Source: Marsupella aquatica (taxonomy: Eukaryota; Plantae; Marchantiophyta). From it: a stretch of DNA of 64,000 nucleotides. The stretch spans positions 4,901,241 through 4,965,240 of the forward strand of contig OZ316899.1 of assembly GCA_973895155.1 (NCBI GenBank). The letters are read 5' to 3'. Made by a program: the position numbers and the translations under genes. Shown one piece after another: positions 36,700-50,112 of the stretch; position 1 is the first letter of the stretch; each line of letters opens with the position of its first letter. The notes beneath the pieces are model-generated. The model did no database searches. It saw only the letters and a list, made by a program, of their open reading frames with translations, and was not told where the DNA came from.

Positions 36700-37140
36700 C
36701 TCAACCCGCATCCAATGTTTGAAACATTCAAAAGTAGTTGATGCAAGATGGGATCGCGGTATCCTGCTTCGCATCCAACATCAACAATTGCCAAGAGTCT
36801 GCAACAAAAGACAAAAAAGATGGAGCCGAATGCAAAATGGGATACGCGGTATCCCACTTCGTATCCAACATCATCAAATGCCAGGAGTTTGAAACAGAAG
36901 ACCAAAAAGAGGGATTGAATGCGAGATGGGGTACGTGGTATCCCATCTCTTGAGTAACATAAACAATAGCCGGGAGTTTGAAACAAAGACTAAAACGAGG
37001 GAGTTGGATGCAAGATGGGATACGCGGTATTCCATTTTGCATTCAACATCAACAATTATCGGGGTTCGCACCGAAGGGCCAAAAAGAGAGAGTTGAATGC
37101 AAAGTGGGATACGTCATATCCCACTTCAAATTCAACATTG
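36700..37140. repeat. Array 2 of the ~43-bp palindrome, 5 copies, ~89-bp period
   Basis: Copies near 36738, 36827, 36915, 37004 and 37093, directly upstream of the predicted ParB-MTase start codon. Confidence 0.88.
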
Positions 37141-37273
37141 GACTGCATCATCTAGGGTATGTTGTCTCGCATTTTTACCTGATTTTTGCTTTGGATTTGA
37201 GTGAATACAAAAACCTATAGAGATGTAGCGTTCCAAGAAAAAAGTGGAGGCAAGCAAAGCTGATAATGAAAAG

Positions 37274-37322
37274 AAATGAGCGTAAAGTTTATGTCCGAAC
37301 ACCTCTATTTATACTTTTCTCC
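37274..37322 (-). promoter_or_regulatory. Putative TATA promoter module (TATAAATAG on the minus strand), duplicated near 39272-39315
   Basis: GAGCGTAAAGTTT...CTCTATTTATACTTTT here versus GAGCGCAAAGTTT...CTCCTATTTATAGTTTT; each lies upstream of a palindrome array. Confidence 0.55.
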
Positions 37323-37661
37323 CTTGACTGGACTTTGTTTTTGACCATAGTTGGATAAGGCGTATCCAAAGCCAATAAGGCGTATCCCCACGGCCTCGTA
37401 TTAAACCAAATATATTTCGCGGAGCGGATGGGGTTGATGCAAAGGTAGAATCCCCAAAACTCATCATTCATCCAAAATTATGCCACAAAATAAAGTTAAT
37501 ATTCTTGAAAAGTATCTTTACAAAGAGTCCAAGATGAGCAGACCAAAACATGAATGGAAGCACAGGAATCAAGCTAACTCTAAGCTTCATGATACATTTC
37601 CACAAGCCTTGCTTGCTGATCTTTCTCAAGATTGTGCCAGTCTTCTTGAAGTTGACTTAGT

Positions 37662-38015
37662 TCAGACCTTGAAAATAAATCGAGGAAATCGATTGGAGGA
37701 AGATTTGGTGTTTTCATCATAAAAAAAACCTTCAATCTTTTGAAGGGGTTCTCCATCGGGAATGCTTGTTAGCATTTCATTTACTTCCTCAAACTGGCTT
37801 CTTGCTAGTCTAAGGATTCCCCAGACTCGTGTACAAATTACAAGCTGGTTCCATTTCTTTGAGATGCATCCAAGCCACACCATTGTTTTTAATCGCTTCA
37901 ATCTTTTCTCAGCTGAGATCTTGGAGGAATCAAATTCATCCTCTATGCAATAAACTTTCAAAATGGGCCAAATGAATGTTTCAACAATCTCATCAGGAAG
38001 TCCATCCAAAAGCAA
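37662..38015 (-). CDS. F-box-like small protein
   Basis: LLDGLPDEIVETFIWPIL...MVWLGCISKKWNQLV; start codon uncertain. Confidence 0.6.
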   Translation of the reverse strand: MLLDGLPDEIVETFIWPILKVYCIEDEFDSSKISAEKRLKRLKTMVWLGCISKKWNQLVICTRVWGILRLARSQFEEVNEMLTSIPDGEPLQKIEGFFYDENTKSSSNRFPRFIFKV

Positions 38016-38349
38016 TCTGGATTCCCTTCAGCCACTTTTATGCTGAATTTGTTTCTTCTCTTTCTCAAATGACGTCGGTAACCTTGCAAAGACAAGGTTC
38101 TCAGTGACGGCCATTCCAAAACAAGAGTGAATACCTAGAGTAATAAATAAATGGAGAGCTCTTTTTGAGCAACCTACAAAATAGTGATAAAAAAACTGAT
38201 TTTATTTCTTTGATCAAAAGAAAAACATCTTTACAAAATATTTGACCCAAGAACGTTCACCTAAACTATGAAACACCAATCAAGAAGATTCAACGCGATA
38301 AGTTAACCCAAGGATCTTCGTTCCAAATCCAACAACACAAATATGCCAA

Positions 38350-38754
38350 TCAATGATACTTGTTTTGGACATCACGACAATCATTACAAGAAGAATTAAT
38401 AGAGTGTAGACAACCACTCAAACAAATCCTTGACTGAATCGGAACTTCATCCTCATTTTTTCCACAAAACTCAATTTGGAGTGGATTCAAACTATCTTGT
38501 GGATCCACGCCTCTCGTCCATAGCGCGCCTAATCCAGGAGGGAGAACTTTGAGTGCAACTAATCTCTTATACAATTGACAAGCACATTTATCTTGGTTTT
38601 GAATCTGGACCGCCATTGGACTCACACGAGAAAATGCCATTTTCCAGGAAAACAAAAGCTTGAGTTGGTCTCCATCACAAATATGTTTAAAGTTAAAGGC
38701 AACAAGGGCTTCAGTGCGTGTTTCTTTGAACCGCGCCTGGAAAACAATCAGCAA
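38350..38754 (-). CDS. Hypothetical ORF with a Cys-rich C-terminus
   Basis: 134 open codons in AT-rich DNA, downstream of the promoter module and array 3; no family recognised. Confidence 0.3.
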   Translation of the reverse strand: MLIVFQARFKETRTEALVAFNFKHICDGDQLKLLFSWKMAFSRVSPMAVQIQNQDKCACQLYKRLVALKVLPPGLGALWTRGVDPQDSLNPLQIEFCGKNEDEVPIQSRICLSGCLHSINSSCNDCRDVQNKYH

Positions 38755-38849
38755 TCAATAAGATTTTTCCCATCATCGCAAGAAAACTCTTGGTAGATAC
38801 TTTGCATTCAACCTCTCATTTTCAGACCTACCTTTGTGGATATTCAACG

Positions 38850-39160
38850 GTTGCATACCAAATGGGATACCAAGTATCCTACTTCGCAATCAACATTGAT
38901 TTTTCTTTATTTTCATTCTAACATGCACGTGATTTGCAAGTTGAATCCAAAGTGGGATACGAGGTATCCCATTTCGCATTCAACATTGGATTTTTGGGAT
39001 TTCAGAACTAAGATGCCTCAGTTGGAGGTTGGATGCGATGAGGGATACCCCGTATCCCACATCGCATCCCACCTCATTTTCTCACATGAGAGATACAGAA
39101 ATAGGACCTTTGAAGGTTGAATCCCAAACGGGATACGCCGCATCCCATTTGGGATTTGTC
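38850..39160. repeat. Array 3 of the ~43-bp palindrome, 4 copies, ~89-bp period
   Basis: Copies near 38851, 38941, 39029 and 39117, plus a solitary partial copy near 39465-39495. Confidence 0.88.
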
Positions 39161-39539
39161 CTTGCCATTTCCCTTAAGATTCTCACTTGTTAATCAAATC
39201 TGATTTTTGGGGAATATGAATTTGCATAGACTATGTGGATTTGTCAAGAGCAAGAGGATGCCGAGCGAATAGAAGTGAGCGCAAAGTTTTGGGCTCTCCT
39301 ATTTATAGTTTTTTCCCTGACCATGGTTAGTTTTTGACCGCAATTTCATTGCAGTCGGTTAAAAGATACCGTTGAAAAGAATCATATGGGAATATTCTTA
39401 CAAGGTAAATTGTTCTTGGCACTTTTACTACATTTGATATAATTTTTTTAAGAATTCCGCGGCTGGATCCAAAATGGGATACGTTGTATCCCTGGTTCCT
39501 ATTCAAGTCAATTTTTCCCATTTTTGAAAATCTAAAAAC

Positions 39540-39685
39540 TGTTGCAACCCCTAGGACAAGTCTACCTAAGGTTAGGACTAAACCCCTAACCCATGGCGGT
39601 TACACCACCAACCACCTAGATAACCACCTATGTATATGAAGGGATTGGATGAGTAAAGAAGTTGAAGTTATTGTGATGTTGAACA
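39540..39685 (+). repeat. 5' LTR of the second Bianca-like element (~146 bp)
   Basis: TGTT...AACA immediately before the Bianca-type PBS. Confidence 0.75.
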
Positions 39686-40008
39686 CATTATCAGCACGAG
39701 CGTGCTCACTAGATTTTTTTTAAGCCACGGGTGCAGATCGATTCCAATGACAATCCCGATTTCAATTTGAGGCCTCAATTTCAGACTGAAGTTCCATTTT
39801 TTTACTCCCCATTAACAATTTGACGGAGGGAATATGATTGTGGACGACCAATATACATCCTCGACAACAATCCAGGAAATTTCAATCATTACAATCTGAG
39901 GCAAATACATTTGCCAAATGTTACACATCACAAAATATTGTTGAGCAGAGAAGGATCTACACCAGGATTCTAAGAAACTACACTCATCATTGGACACAAT
40001 GACAACAA

Positions 40009-42976
40009 ATGCAATCAAGAAGTTGTATTATTTTCCAAGCATTATGCATCGATGGATCCAATTTCCTATCTTGGACTTTGGATGTCGAGGCCCACCTCGC
40101 ATCAAAGAATCTAGAAGACAATCCTAACGGACAATGGCCCTACCCTACAGGAGAAGGCCAAGGCCTTGATCCTAATCTGCCACCACCTTGCTGATTCTTT
40201 GAAGCGCCAATATATGAATGCCTACAACCCTTGAGTCCTTTGGGACAAGCTTCATGCAAGATTCGATCATACGCACACAATTTTCCTCCCAATAGTGAGG
40301 CATGACTGGATTAATCTCCGCGTATAGGACCACAAGACGATTGCTGAGTATAACAACAAACTTTTCCGAATTGTATCACAATTGGCGATCTGTGGCCACC
40401 CAATTGGAGAAGAAGAACAAATTGAAAAGACCCTGTCAACATTCCACTCAACCAACTTAGTACTATCCACTCAATACCGCAACATGAGATTCACGACATA
40501 CTCCAAACTAATCGCCCATATGTTGTTAGCAAAAAAATATCAAATCCTACCATTACAAAATACCAAGCAGAGACACCCAGGGACCCTACCTCCACAAACC
40601 AATCCTGACCACACTTCAACACATGGAGACGAGGCTTTGGTCGAGGTAGCAATCGCGGAATGAACAACTTTGGCGGACGGGGCAATTCTTTTCAGCGGGG
40701 CGGAAGAAGCACTTACCATGGAGGAAGGGGTTGGGGCAAAACACAATCGAGAAACTTCCGCAACAATTGGACAAGAACAACTATCAATACATATAAGTCC
40801 AACAATCCTGCTATTTGCTATAGATGCGGAACTAAAGGGCACATTAAGAAAACATGTCGAGCCCCAACACATTTAGTTGCATTATACCATAAGAGTTTGA
40901 ACACTGAAAAATACGAAGCACATGGAGCATTCTTAGAGACACCATAAATCTTACCTGAAGTACATCTCGTTTCCCCATTGGAAAGGTCTCAGGCACTAGA
41001 CGACCCTAATTGTTGCATACTGGATAGTGGGACCTCACACTCGATATTAAGAACCAAAGTTTATTTCACTCACATCGTACCTTCCCAACGTAGAGTTACC
41101 ACAATTATGGGCAATCACCAGTTAGAGGAGGGCAATGGCCCAGCCAACCTAGTACTGCCCAAGGGCATAGTCATACACATCAAATCCGCAATATTTGCCC
41201 CAAAGGCTACATGTAACCTCTTGAGTTTTAAGGACATACGGGAGAACGGCCTACACATCCACACCAACATCCACAAATCCCAAGAGGGATTACACATAGT
41301 AGCCAAGACCTAGCATGGCATAGAAATAAAAGAGACACTGATAGCTTTTCCTTTGGGATTCTATGCCATTAGAATACACACCTTTTTGACTAACACCCCC
41401 ACACAGACAATAACTGAAACATGGCACCGCCGTCTGGGGCACCCAGGCACGCAGATGTTTCATAAGATCCTCAAAGACACGCAGGGAATACCGAATACAA
41501 AACACCCAACCTCCATGCAATCCCCTTGCCTTGCATGCTCACAGGGAAGCTCACAATGAGACCTTCCCCATCCACAATAGATAAGAATATACCCAGATTC
41601 CTTGAGCAAATCCATGCAGACGTATGCGGCCTAGTAGATCACCCAAGTGGACCCTTCAGGTTCTTCTTAGCCACCATTGACGCCTCATCAAAATGGTCCC
41701 AAGTCTCACTTCTTTCAACACGCAACTTAGTCTTCTCCCGCCTACTAGCTCACATCCTGCGACTAAATTAAAGCACAATTTCCAGACCACCCTATTAAAA
41801 CACTAAGAATAGACAACGCGGGAGAATTCACATCACAGACATTTGATGATTTTTGCACTGCATCTAGGATCAAAGTTGAATACCCTGTAGCCTATGTCCA
41901 CTTCCAAAATGGGATCGCACAATCCCTCATTAAACGTTTACAGACAATAGCCCGACCACTCCTTATGCAAACCAGTCTCCCGTCTTCTGCCTGGGGCCAC
42001 GCCATTCTACATGTTGCGGCACTCCTCAGATATAGGCCATCCGCTTTCAACACCAGTTCTCCACATCACCTTGCATTTGGAACCTCACCTAACTTGGCAC
42101 ATCTCCAAACATTTGGCTGCCAGGTCTTGGTTCCCATAATGGGACCACTGGGACCCCAGAGGCAGAAGGGGATTTACATCGGCTTTGACTCCACATCCAT
42201 TATCAGATACCTGGAACCTACAACTGCCAATGTATATAAAGCCAGATTTGCCAATTGCCACTTCTATGAGGCAGTATTTCTAGCTTTAAATACAGCACAC
42301 AAGGCAACAAAAGCTACAACTAAACAACTAGTTTGGCAAACCAACTCCCAATTCTAGAATGACCCTAGAACTGCCCAAACAGATACTGAGGTCCAACAAA
42401 TACTACACCTCACCAGAGTCATGGAGGAACTACCCGATGCATTTGTGGATGTTGCCAAAGTGACTAGATCCCATGTCCCTGCCACAAACACCCCATCCCG
42501 AATCAATATCAACAATCAACCAGCCATAAATATCAAACCACGGAAGAAGAGAGGACGACCACCCAGAGCTATGGATAAACACCCATGCCAGAGGAGGGCC
42601 CAGCAGACCACCTCAACCAAACCTACAAACGATCCAAACAACATGACAATCCCAACAGAGAACGATGAAATAGCCATCAACTACAACTATACAGGCAAAA
42701 TCCACTACAGAACCACAAGACCACCTGATAATACTTTTGCATTCCAAATATCACAAGAGATCATGGAGGACTCACCTGATCCCACAACCATAATAGAAGC
42801 AAGAAAGCAACTTGATTGGCAAGCATGGCAGGAGGCAATCAATTCAGAATTGGACTCCTTGATCTCACGACAAGTATTTGGACCAATAACGCCAGCACCT
42901 CCTGATACCCATCTTCCCGGATACAAATGGACATTTGTCAAAAAGAGGAATGCACAAGGCAAGATTGTCAGATACA
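40009..42976 (+). pseudogene. Copia gag-PR-INT and start of RT
   Basis: ORF fragments 40009-40947, 40978-41313, 41353-41771, 41965-42357 and 42421-42976. Confidence 0.9.
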
Positions 42977-44050
42977 TGAGACGGTTCTGGAGACTGACTG
43001 AGCTTGGAAAGCGCATGGGCGGAGCTGAGAAGTGCTCTCCTTTTTGTGGTTTCGTTTTGATCCATACGGGATCAAGAGGGACCTTGGATATCCGAGCGGA
43101 ATCGTGAAGAGGGTTTTGAAGGAATTCCAGTGAAGTTACTAGTGCTGTTAACGGGTTGGAATCAAAATTGCTATAGTTGCAAACGAGTGCGATCAAAGTC
43201 GTGTCTGAGTATTAGGTCACACGGTGTGTACTCAATTTTGGCATCGGAGGGAACAAAGCATGTGAAGGCTGTGTTACGATGAGGTATGCGGGGGAGAGAA
43301 GAGCGGGAAGCCAAATAGGATTGGAAAAGGCATGGCGGAATCGAGTCTGTGGCTCTGGCTGTGTATACACATAAGGACTTACTGCGTGATCCTCCGCGGT
43401 GGTTTTTGGGGGAGGGAGGAGACGGAGTGTGACGGCACATTTGGGAAGGAAAATGGTGGTTCTGTGAGGATGAGGTCGGAGGAGGGGACTTGGTTGAGTA
43501 ACTTGTGGCGGGCTCTCTTGTGACCCCTTTAGCTTTTGGTCGCGAGAGATTGTAAGAAAGGATCGCTCTGAGTCAAGCATTGGAGGTTCGGGTGCCTGGG
43601 CAGCAATTGATTGACGGACACTTTGAAGACCGTGTGACATTCGGGGGGTCGTAAGAGTTGGACCTCGTTGCATTTGAGAAAGGAGGGTGAGGAGGAAGGA
43701 GTTAGCAGAGAAGTACTGGTACCTTCGTTGCTCAACCTTGGAGTGTTGATGTAGGAGTGGAAATTTTCACTAGGATCTCTTTGGGGTACCACAGTGTGCC
43801 ATGGAGATCGTGGGGAAAAAGGCCATCCTTGATGAGGAGACTGTAAACTCGGAGATTGCTGGAATATGTTAGGAGTAATCAGGAAGAGAATTGTCTAAGC
43901 GCTGTCGGAGTGAAGAATGGTGATTTGGGCGTTGTGTGCTGCGGGAGGCTGCGGACTGTTGACTGAATCATAGGTAAGTAAGTGAAGACTTTGACTCTTT
44001 GCTTCCTTAGTGGATGACACTGCAATCGATTAACATAAGAAGTTAGTAAG

Positions 44051-46158
44051 ATGGGGGAACAGGGGATAGACTATTATGGATCCTCAGGACGTAGATTCTC
44101 TCATGGGGGGCGTCTTGCTGGTGGACGAGCTGCAAGGATGATGCAAAAGCACCCTAGTGCTTGTAACGAGGTAGCGGTGGAGAGAACACCGGGATTGGGG
44201 TGTGAGGGCAGGGGACCTCCTATGGCTTTCTCTGTGCAAGATGCGCGTTCGGGGTGGATTGATCCGGTCTTGACTACACCAACCATGGCCCGGGACTCAC
44301 TGAGCGATAATCTGATGGACATTGAGAGTCATGCTACAAAAACCAGGCCTGAGCTCAACACGGAGAGGGGAACTGGACTACCAAGGACCCTGGAGGAGAC
44401 GGCGGGAACTGGAATGAAAAGAGATACTTTTCAGACCAAGGACAGTGGAGACGCAAGGCGAGGCGCTGCTGAGGGCATCGGTGGTGCACCGATGGGGAGA
44501 ACGGGGCCACGAGAGAATGAGGAGAGGCATGCGGTTTCTCTAGAGGAAGAAGAACCAGAAGACTGCATTAGGATCCTGTGTGAAATTGCGATCAGATCAA
44601 AAGGTGATCTGGACAAACGTTTGTATACAGAGGTGGAATGGAACCTACCGGAAGCAGCACGGAATGTGAGGCAGCTTTATAATTGTGCGCTGATCTGTTA
44701 CTTTACAAGAAGAACGCCGCTCCTCACTGACTTTAGAGCTTGGGTTGAGAGGTGATGACGAATCAAGAGAATTGGCCTGTCTTATAGGTTAAATTTGTAG
44801 GGAAGAATTTCTACATGATTGTCTTTGAAAACCCAGACCATAGAGATCTAGCTCTCAATTACGCCCCCTGGTTCATGGAGAGACGATTTGTATACACTTT
44901 CCCATGGGAGCCGTCATTTGATGTAAAATGTGAGAACTTTACTAAACTTCCTGTATGGATCGAGATTCCATTTCGTGACCTGGCTTTGGAGGGCTGCAGA
45001 AGAAAGATAGCTAGCTCTTTAGGGACTCTGCTTTACTATATCCAGGGACACGAATTCAGCTCATACCCTCACGATTGGGCCTGTATACTCTGGGATACGG
45101 ATAGAGAAGTGCCTGCCAGCGTTAAGATTCAGATTCGGGAAGATATTGTAATTTGGCAACCTGTAACTTTTAAAAACATTCCTTATCACTGCTATCGATG
45201 TAACCAAAGAGGTCACCTGGCCAGGAATTGTAAAGAAGATGTGGAGGCTGTTGGAGCACGAAGAACTGTGGTGGACCCCTCGGAGGAGAAAGACGATGAA
45301 AGACACTCTGAGGTGGACCATGAGGAGGTGCTTCGTGCGGAAGCCAATGCTGAAGCAAGGGCTCGGTTTCGGGAGGCTAATGTGCCTCCTCCAGAGGTTT
45401 TTCCCTTCGCGGTGGTGGTGGATTGTGCTCAGGTGGAGCAGATTTTGGAATGCCCTGAGCCCGGGGGGGTTGGGCTGCTGGCCTCGGTGGGATTGCAGAA
45501 GGAGAACAATGACAATTGGGTTGAGACCGCTCAACTGGGAAGGAGTGAAGGAGAGGTGGAGTTGCCTCCGTCTTTGGGAGCTGCTGGCTGCATTACTGAC
45601 TCATTGGAGTTGGCTGCGACCCTATGTCCTCCGCTTGATACCATCGCCCCTGCACTGGGGCCCAGTTATACCCCTAATTATGCAACAGGCAGAATACTTG
45701 AGGTCCCCCCGGCTGACATTTTGCGTGCTGGGAACGATGAGACATTCTCATTTCATGCGGAATCTGATGCTGAGATGTCGGAATATGAGGCTTATATCTC
45801 ACACAACAAATTCAAGGCTAGAGCCCGCAAACAGGAGCTTCGCACACCGCCTTCCGAAAAGACCGAGAAGGCCAAAGGAGAGGCCAAAAAGCAAAGATCA
45901 CTAAGATTCTCACAAGGTGTTATGTCTGATGCAGGCAGAGCGGAGGACCTGGAGAGGGAAGACGGGCAGCGGTGCGACCTCCAAGGAAGGCGAGTGAATT
46001 CAACTGTGGGCCTGGGGAGTGCTCCCCTTTGCGTTGGGATAGTTGATCTTGCCTCCCCCATGCGGGTCTCTCCTGCGGGATCAATCAGTGGATACATGAG
46101 TGGACCTATTGGCCGGGAGCTGACAGGGTGGTCGCCGGGTGGACACACCAGGATCTGA
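44051..46158 (+). pseudogene. L1 ORF1 (DUF4283-like plus zinc knuckle), one stop at ~44753
   Basis: APWFMERRFVYTFPWEPSF..LPVWIEIP..CYRCNQRGHLARNC. Confidence 0.88.
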
Positions 46159-46212
46159 GAGACGGAGAAGGTGTTTGGATGTGCTATGCACTAACAAGGG
46201 CACAATGGGAGG

Positions 46213-49200
46213 ATGGATGGAAGAATCAAAGTGGCGTCATGGACTGTTTGCGGATTGTGTGAGCCCAACCGCAAGCATGTTGTTAAAAATTGGGTTAGAT
46301 CACTGAAAGTGCCGCTGGCCCTGTTGGCTTTACAAGAAGTTAAAGCTGACAAATTTTGGCTTGATATGGCGTTGCGGGCTATTCTCCCCTTGTATCAACA
46401 CTTTTTCTCTGAGCCTGACGAGGGTAGGGGAGGAACTGCATTACTGGTACACCCTGAGTTGAAGGTGATTTGCTTGGGAGCACTGGATTTAGGAAGGGCG
46501 GTATGGGCCGTGGTCAAGAAGGAAGATGTGATGTTTGGGATTGCTTGTATTTATGCTCCCAATTCGAATAGATTAAGGTCGCTTCTATGGCATGATTTAA
46601 AGATGATGCTGCCACACAATGATTGGCTGTTGTGTGGTGACTTCAACATGACGGAACGCAGAAATGACTCAACGGGACAGTCTCCTTTAATCCGAGGCAG
46701 GGAGGCTGAGTTCTGGAGATTTTTGAAGATGAGATTGAACCTGACAGATGCGTGGGACCTTAGAGGTGGAGCGACTGGTCCAAATTTCACTTGGAGGAGG
46801 AAGCGTAATGGAGTGCCGATACAGTCCAGACTTGACAGGTTTTACGTAAGTGAAATGGGTGGATGGCTTAGCGAGGAGGAACTCATTCATGATGGGGGAT
46901 TGGCTCTTTCTGATCACGACCCTATCCGGCTGAACGTGAGGATTGCAGGATTGACTGAGACTGTGGAGCGAGGGAAAGTGAGACTGTTTATGGCCAACTC
47001 GTCTGTGCTTCGGAAGAGAGAGGAGATGCTACTACTCGAAGAAGCCTGGAGGGTGGGAAGAGAGAACTGTGTGGACCCGCGTATTCGATTTACTAATGGA
47101 AGCCGGAGACTGAGACAAACTCTTAAGGAGATACAAGCCAAGCCAAGGACAACGGAGGTGGAGATGGCTTTTCAGAGAGCTCAATTGAGGACACTTAAGA
47201 TGGCCATTCTAGAAAATCATTCGGAGGAGGACATTGCTGATTTCATGGATGCTGAGGACACGTTGCATGCTGCGGAACTGGAGGAAGCTCACAGAGGACA
47301 CAGGCTAGCCAGAGTTAAGTGGTTGGGGGAAGGAGATGAATCCACTAAATTTTTCTTTGCCACAGTGAAAGCCAAGAGATCCAGGGAGGCTATGTCTTCT
47401 TTGAGCAGGGTAGATGGGAGCACGATCTCTGACCCGGGAATGATTTTGAAGGAGGTTGAAGAGTTTTGTGAAACACTGTACTCACCTGAGCCTTTCTCCA
47501 AAGCGGAGGCTGAAGAGAGACGTCTGGCTTGCGATAGACTGCTCAACAACACAAGGTTTGCCCTTTCAAGAGAGGACATTTTAAAGATGGAGAAGCTCCC
47601 GACATACCAAGAGGTGAAGGATGTGTTGTGGCTCTTGCCAAGTGATAAAACACCGGGGCCTGATGGTATGACAGCTGAGGTTTATAGAGCATGCTGGGGT
47701 TTTATTGGTCAGGATTTAGTGGATATGATACAGGAATTTTGGCTTACACGTGCCCTCAATGCTGGTATTTGTGAAGGGATTGTTAAATTCATACCCAAGA
47801 AACCGGACAAGCGCTTCTTACGTGACTGGCGCCCATTGACAATGCTAAATACGATATACAAGCTAATAGCCAAGATCCTTGCCATGCGATTAAAACCTAT
47901 CCTACACTTGATAATCAGTCCGCAACAAACTGGATTTATCCCTGGACGCCACATATTAGAAAACATTTCCCTTGCTTGGCTTGCCTGTGATTGGGTTCAC
48001 AAAAGGAGACAAGAGGCATTGTTTCTGAAACTAGACTTTGAGAAGGCTTTTGACCGTGTTTCGCATGAATATATATGGGAATGTATGCAGCTACTAGGGA
48101 TAAGCGGAAGTTTCATCACTCTGGTAAGAGCGTTGTTGGCTCAAGTATCCTCACGTGCCTTGGTGAATGGCTTACTAACAAACATGTTTGAGCTCAAGCG
48201 CGGGGTAAGACAGGGCTGCCCTTTATCACCATTGCTATTTGTGATTTCCACGCAGCCACTCATGGATTTTCTTGATGCAGAGCTGGCAGCGGGTAGACTT
48301 TGTGGCTTGCAGATCTCGCTTGATCTCACTATTTGTTACAGATTGTTTGCGGATGATGTGGGGATGTTTATCCCTGCATCTGAGAATGCTTTTGAAGAAG
48401 CAACAACTGCTCTTGACTGTTACGAGAAGGCTAGCGGTGCTCGACTGAATTTGAAGAAATCAGTTGTGATCCCATTGGCAATGGAGGAGGTCCCGGCTTG
48501 GCTGAATAACACGGGCTGTCATATCAGTCAAAGGGGAGAGATGCAGAAATATCTTGGTGCACCATTTGGTGTGGGTTTGAGCACGGAACAACTGCACAAG
48601 TTCTGCCTTGACAAAATCTGTGCCAGGCTTGCTATTTGGTCCAACAAGCTGCTTTCCTTTACTGGTCGATCATTACTAGTTAAACAGGTACTGCTTGCTA
48701 TTCCGATCTACCATGTAATGTATTGCAAGGCGTCTGCTGGTCTAGCCAAGAAGATTATTGCTCTCAGTAGGGATTTTCTATGGGGATACAACGACTTAGG
48801 AGGGAAGAAGGTTCCGTTGGTGGCTTGGGACAGGATGGCACTGCCACGGGTGGAGGGGGAACTGGGATTTTGGGATTTCCGCAGTCACTCTGATGCCCTG
48901 CTCTTGCAATGGTTCACTAAAGCACTGAACTTGGCTGAACTGGAATGGTCCAAGATGTTGGTGGCCAATCTGGGACTGTTGGGGTGGATGAACTACAAGG
49001 TTATTAGGAGAAATGGTTACTCATTCCAAGACCAGCTGCTTTTATGTACACCTCGTACTTTTAGTGGGCTCCCCTACACTACGGGTCTCTGGCAATGCTG
49101 GGAGCTTGTGAGAGCTCATCTATCCTTTGAGCCTGGCCGGGGGGGCCACCTACCCGGTGGAGCATCACCGACACACTCAGATGCATGGTGGGCTTTCATT

Positions 49201-50112
49201 CTCTTCCTAATTCGGCCATCATGGACATTGCAATGATCTGTGGCCGGCTGGGAATGAGATCGATTGGTGATGGTTGGTCGGCGGAGGAAGGATGTTGGAA
49301 GGACCTCCCACTTAGATGGAGCAATATGCGTGGCTTCTCTGCAGAGCATCGATTGCTTGCACGGAAGTTCTTGGAAAGTATATGGAGCGCTTCACACTGC
49401 CGGTCAGAGTACTTCCTATATGCCAAACCGTGGAGGTGGACAGATAGACCTGAACCATTGAAGGATTTCAGAATTGAGAATTGCATAGAATGACTTCCTG
49501 CGGCCCAAGACCTCAAATCACGAACGCCTGAATAGGATCTGGTCTCTTACCCGAGTGGAGAGAGGTTGAAATGAGAGTTGGTACAGATTGTGGAGATCGG
49601 ATTTACCAACCAGAGGCAAGACCTTTATTTGGAGGATCATTGTGGGGGGCTTGTTCACTGGAGCCCATGCGCTTTGATTAGAGGTGAGCAACGGTGACTG
49701 CAAGCTGTGCAACGGACGGCTGGAAACCATCCCTCACCTTTTTTTCCATTGTGCACATGTTGTCTACTATTGGCATATCTGTTTGACCTCATTGAGTGCG
49801 CTGGATATGCCAATTAAGTGTTGATGGCCCTTTTAGATGCTGCCTGTGGGAGTGGCGCAGCTTTTTGTCTTGCACCAGATTCTCTAGAGGCTCTGGATTG
49901 GGAGAAACACTCACATGTTTCAGACGGGGGGGAGACGGGTGTTTGACTTGGGACTTGTCCTGTCAGAGGCAGTGGAGAACTTATCTGCTGCTGGTCGGCG
50001 TTGCCCCCCAGGGAGGAAGTGCACGTGCCTGCTACGGGCCAAATCATGTATTGATGGGCTTTGCAGGAGATGGCTCAGCGGTGGGGGGACCAGTTTCACT
50101 TCCGCTGGTTGA
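46213..50112 (+). pseudogene. L1 ORF2 (APE endonuclease, RT, C-terminal zinc finger); open for 1007 aa, then frameshifted
   Basis: LQEVK, GDFN, SRLDRFY, SDHDP; PGPDG, WRPLTMLN, KLDFEKAFD, GVRQGCPLSP, LFADD, KYLG; C-terminal CKLC..ETIPHLFFHC. Confidence 0.95.

Larger units (their letters stand above)
1564..39539. mobile_element. Ancient large DNA transposon hosting the CACTA insertion; cargo is ParB-MTase, Ulp1, F-box and palindrome arrays; termini not seen
   Basis: The reading frame is continuous across the CACTA insertion, the same palindrome family occurs on both sides, and the transposase remnant is adjacent to the cargo genes. No terminal inverted repeats (TIRs) were found, so treating it as one element is inference. 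Confidence 0.6.

Noticed and set aside
36700-37140. CRISPR-like appearance (palindromic repeat with constant-length spacers), also at 4945-5260 and 38850-39160
   Set aside because: Spacers within an array are homologous to each other, the repeats are degenerate, no cas genes are present and the context is eukaryotic. These are tandem repeats.
36393-37220. Overlapping ORFs with repeated WDT/GIPxRI peptides (also 4804-5164 and 38836-39120)
   Set aside because: They are translations of the palindrome arrays. Only the part of 36393-36986 from MSHKSK onward looks coding.
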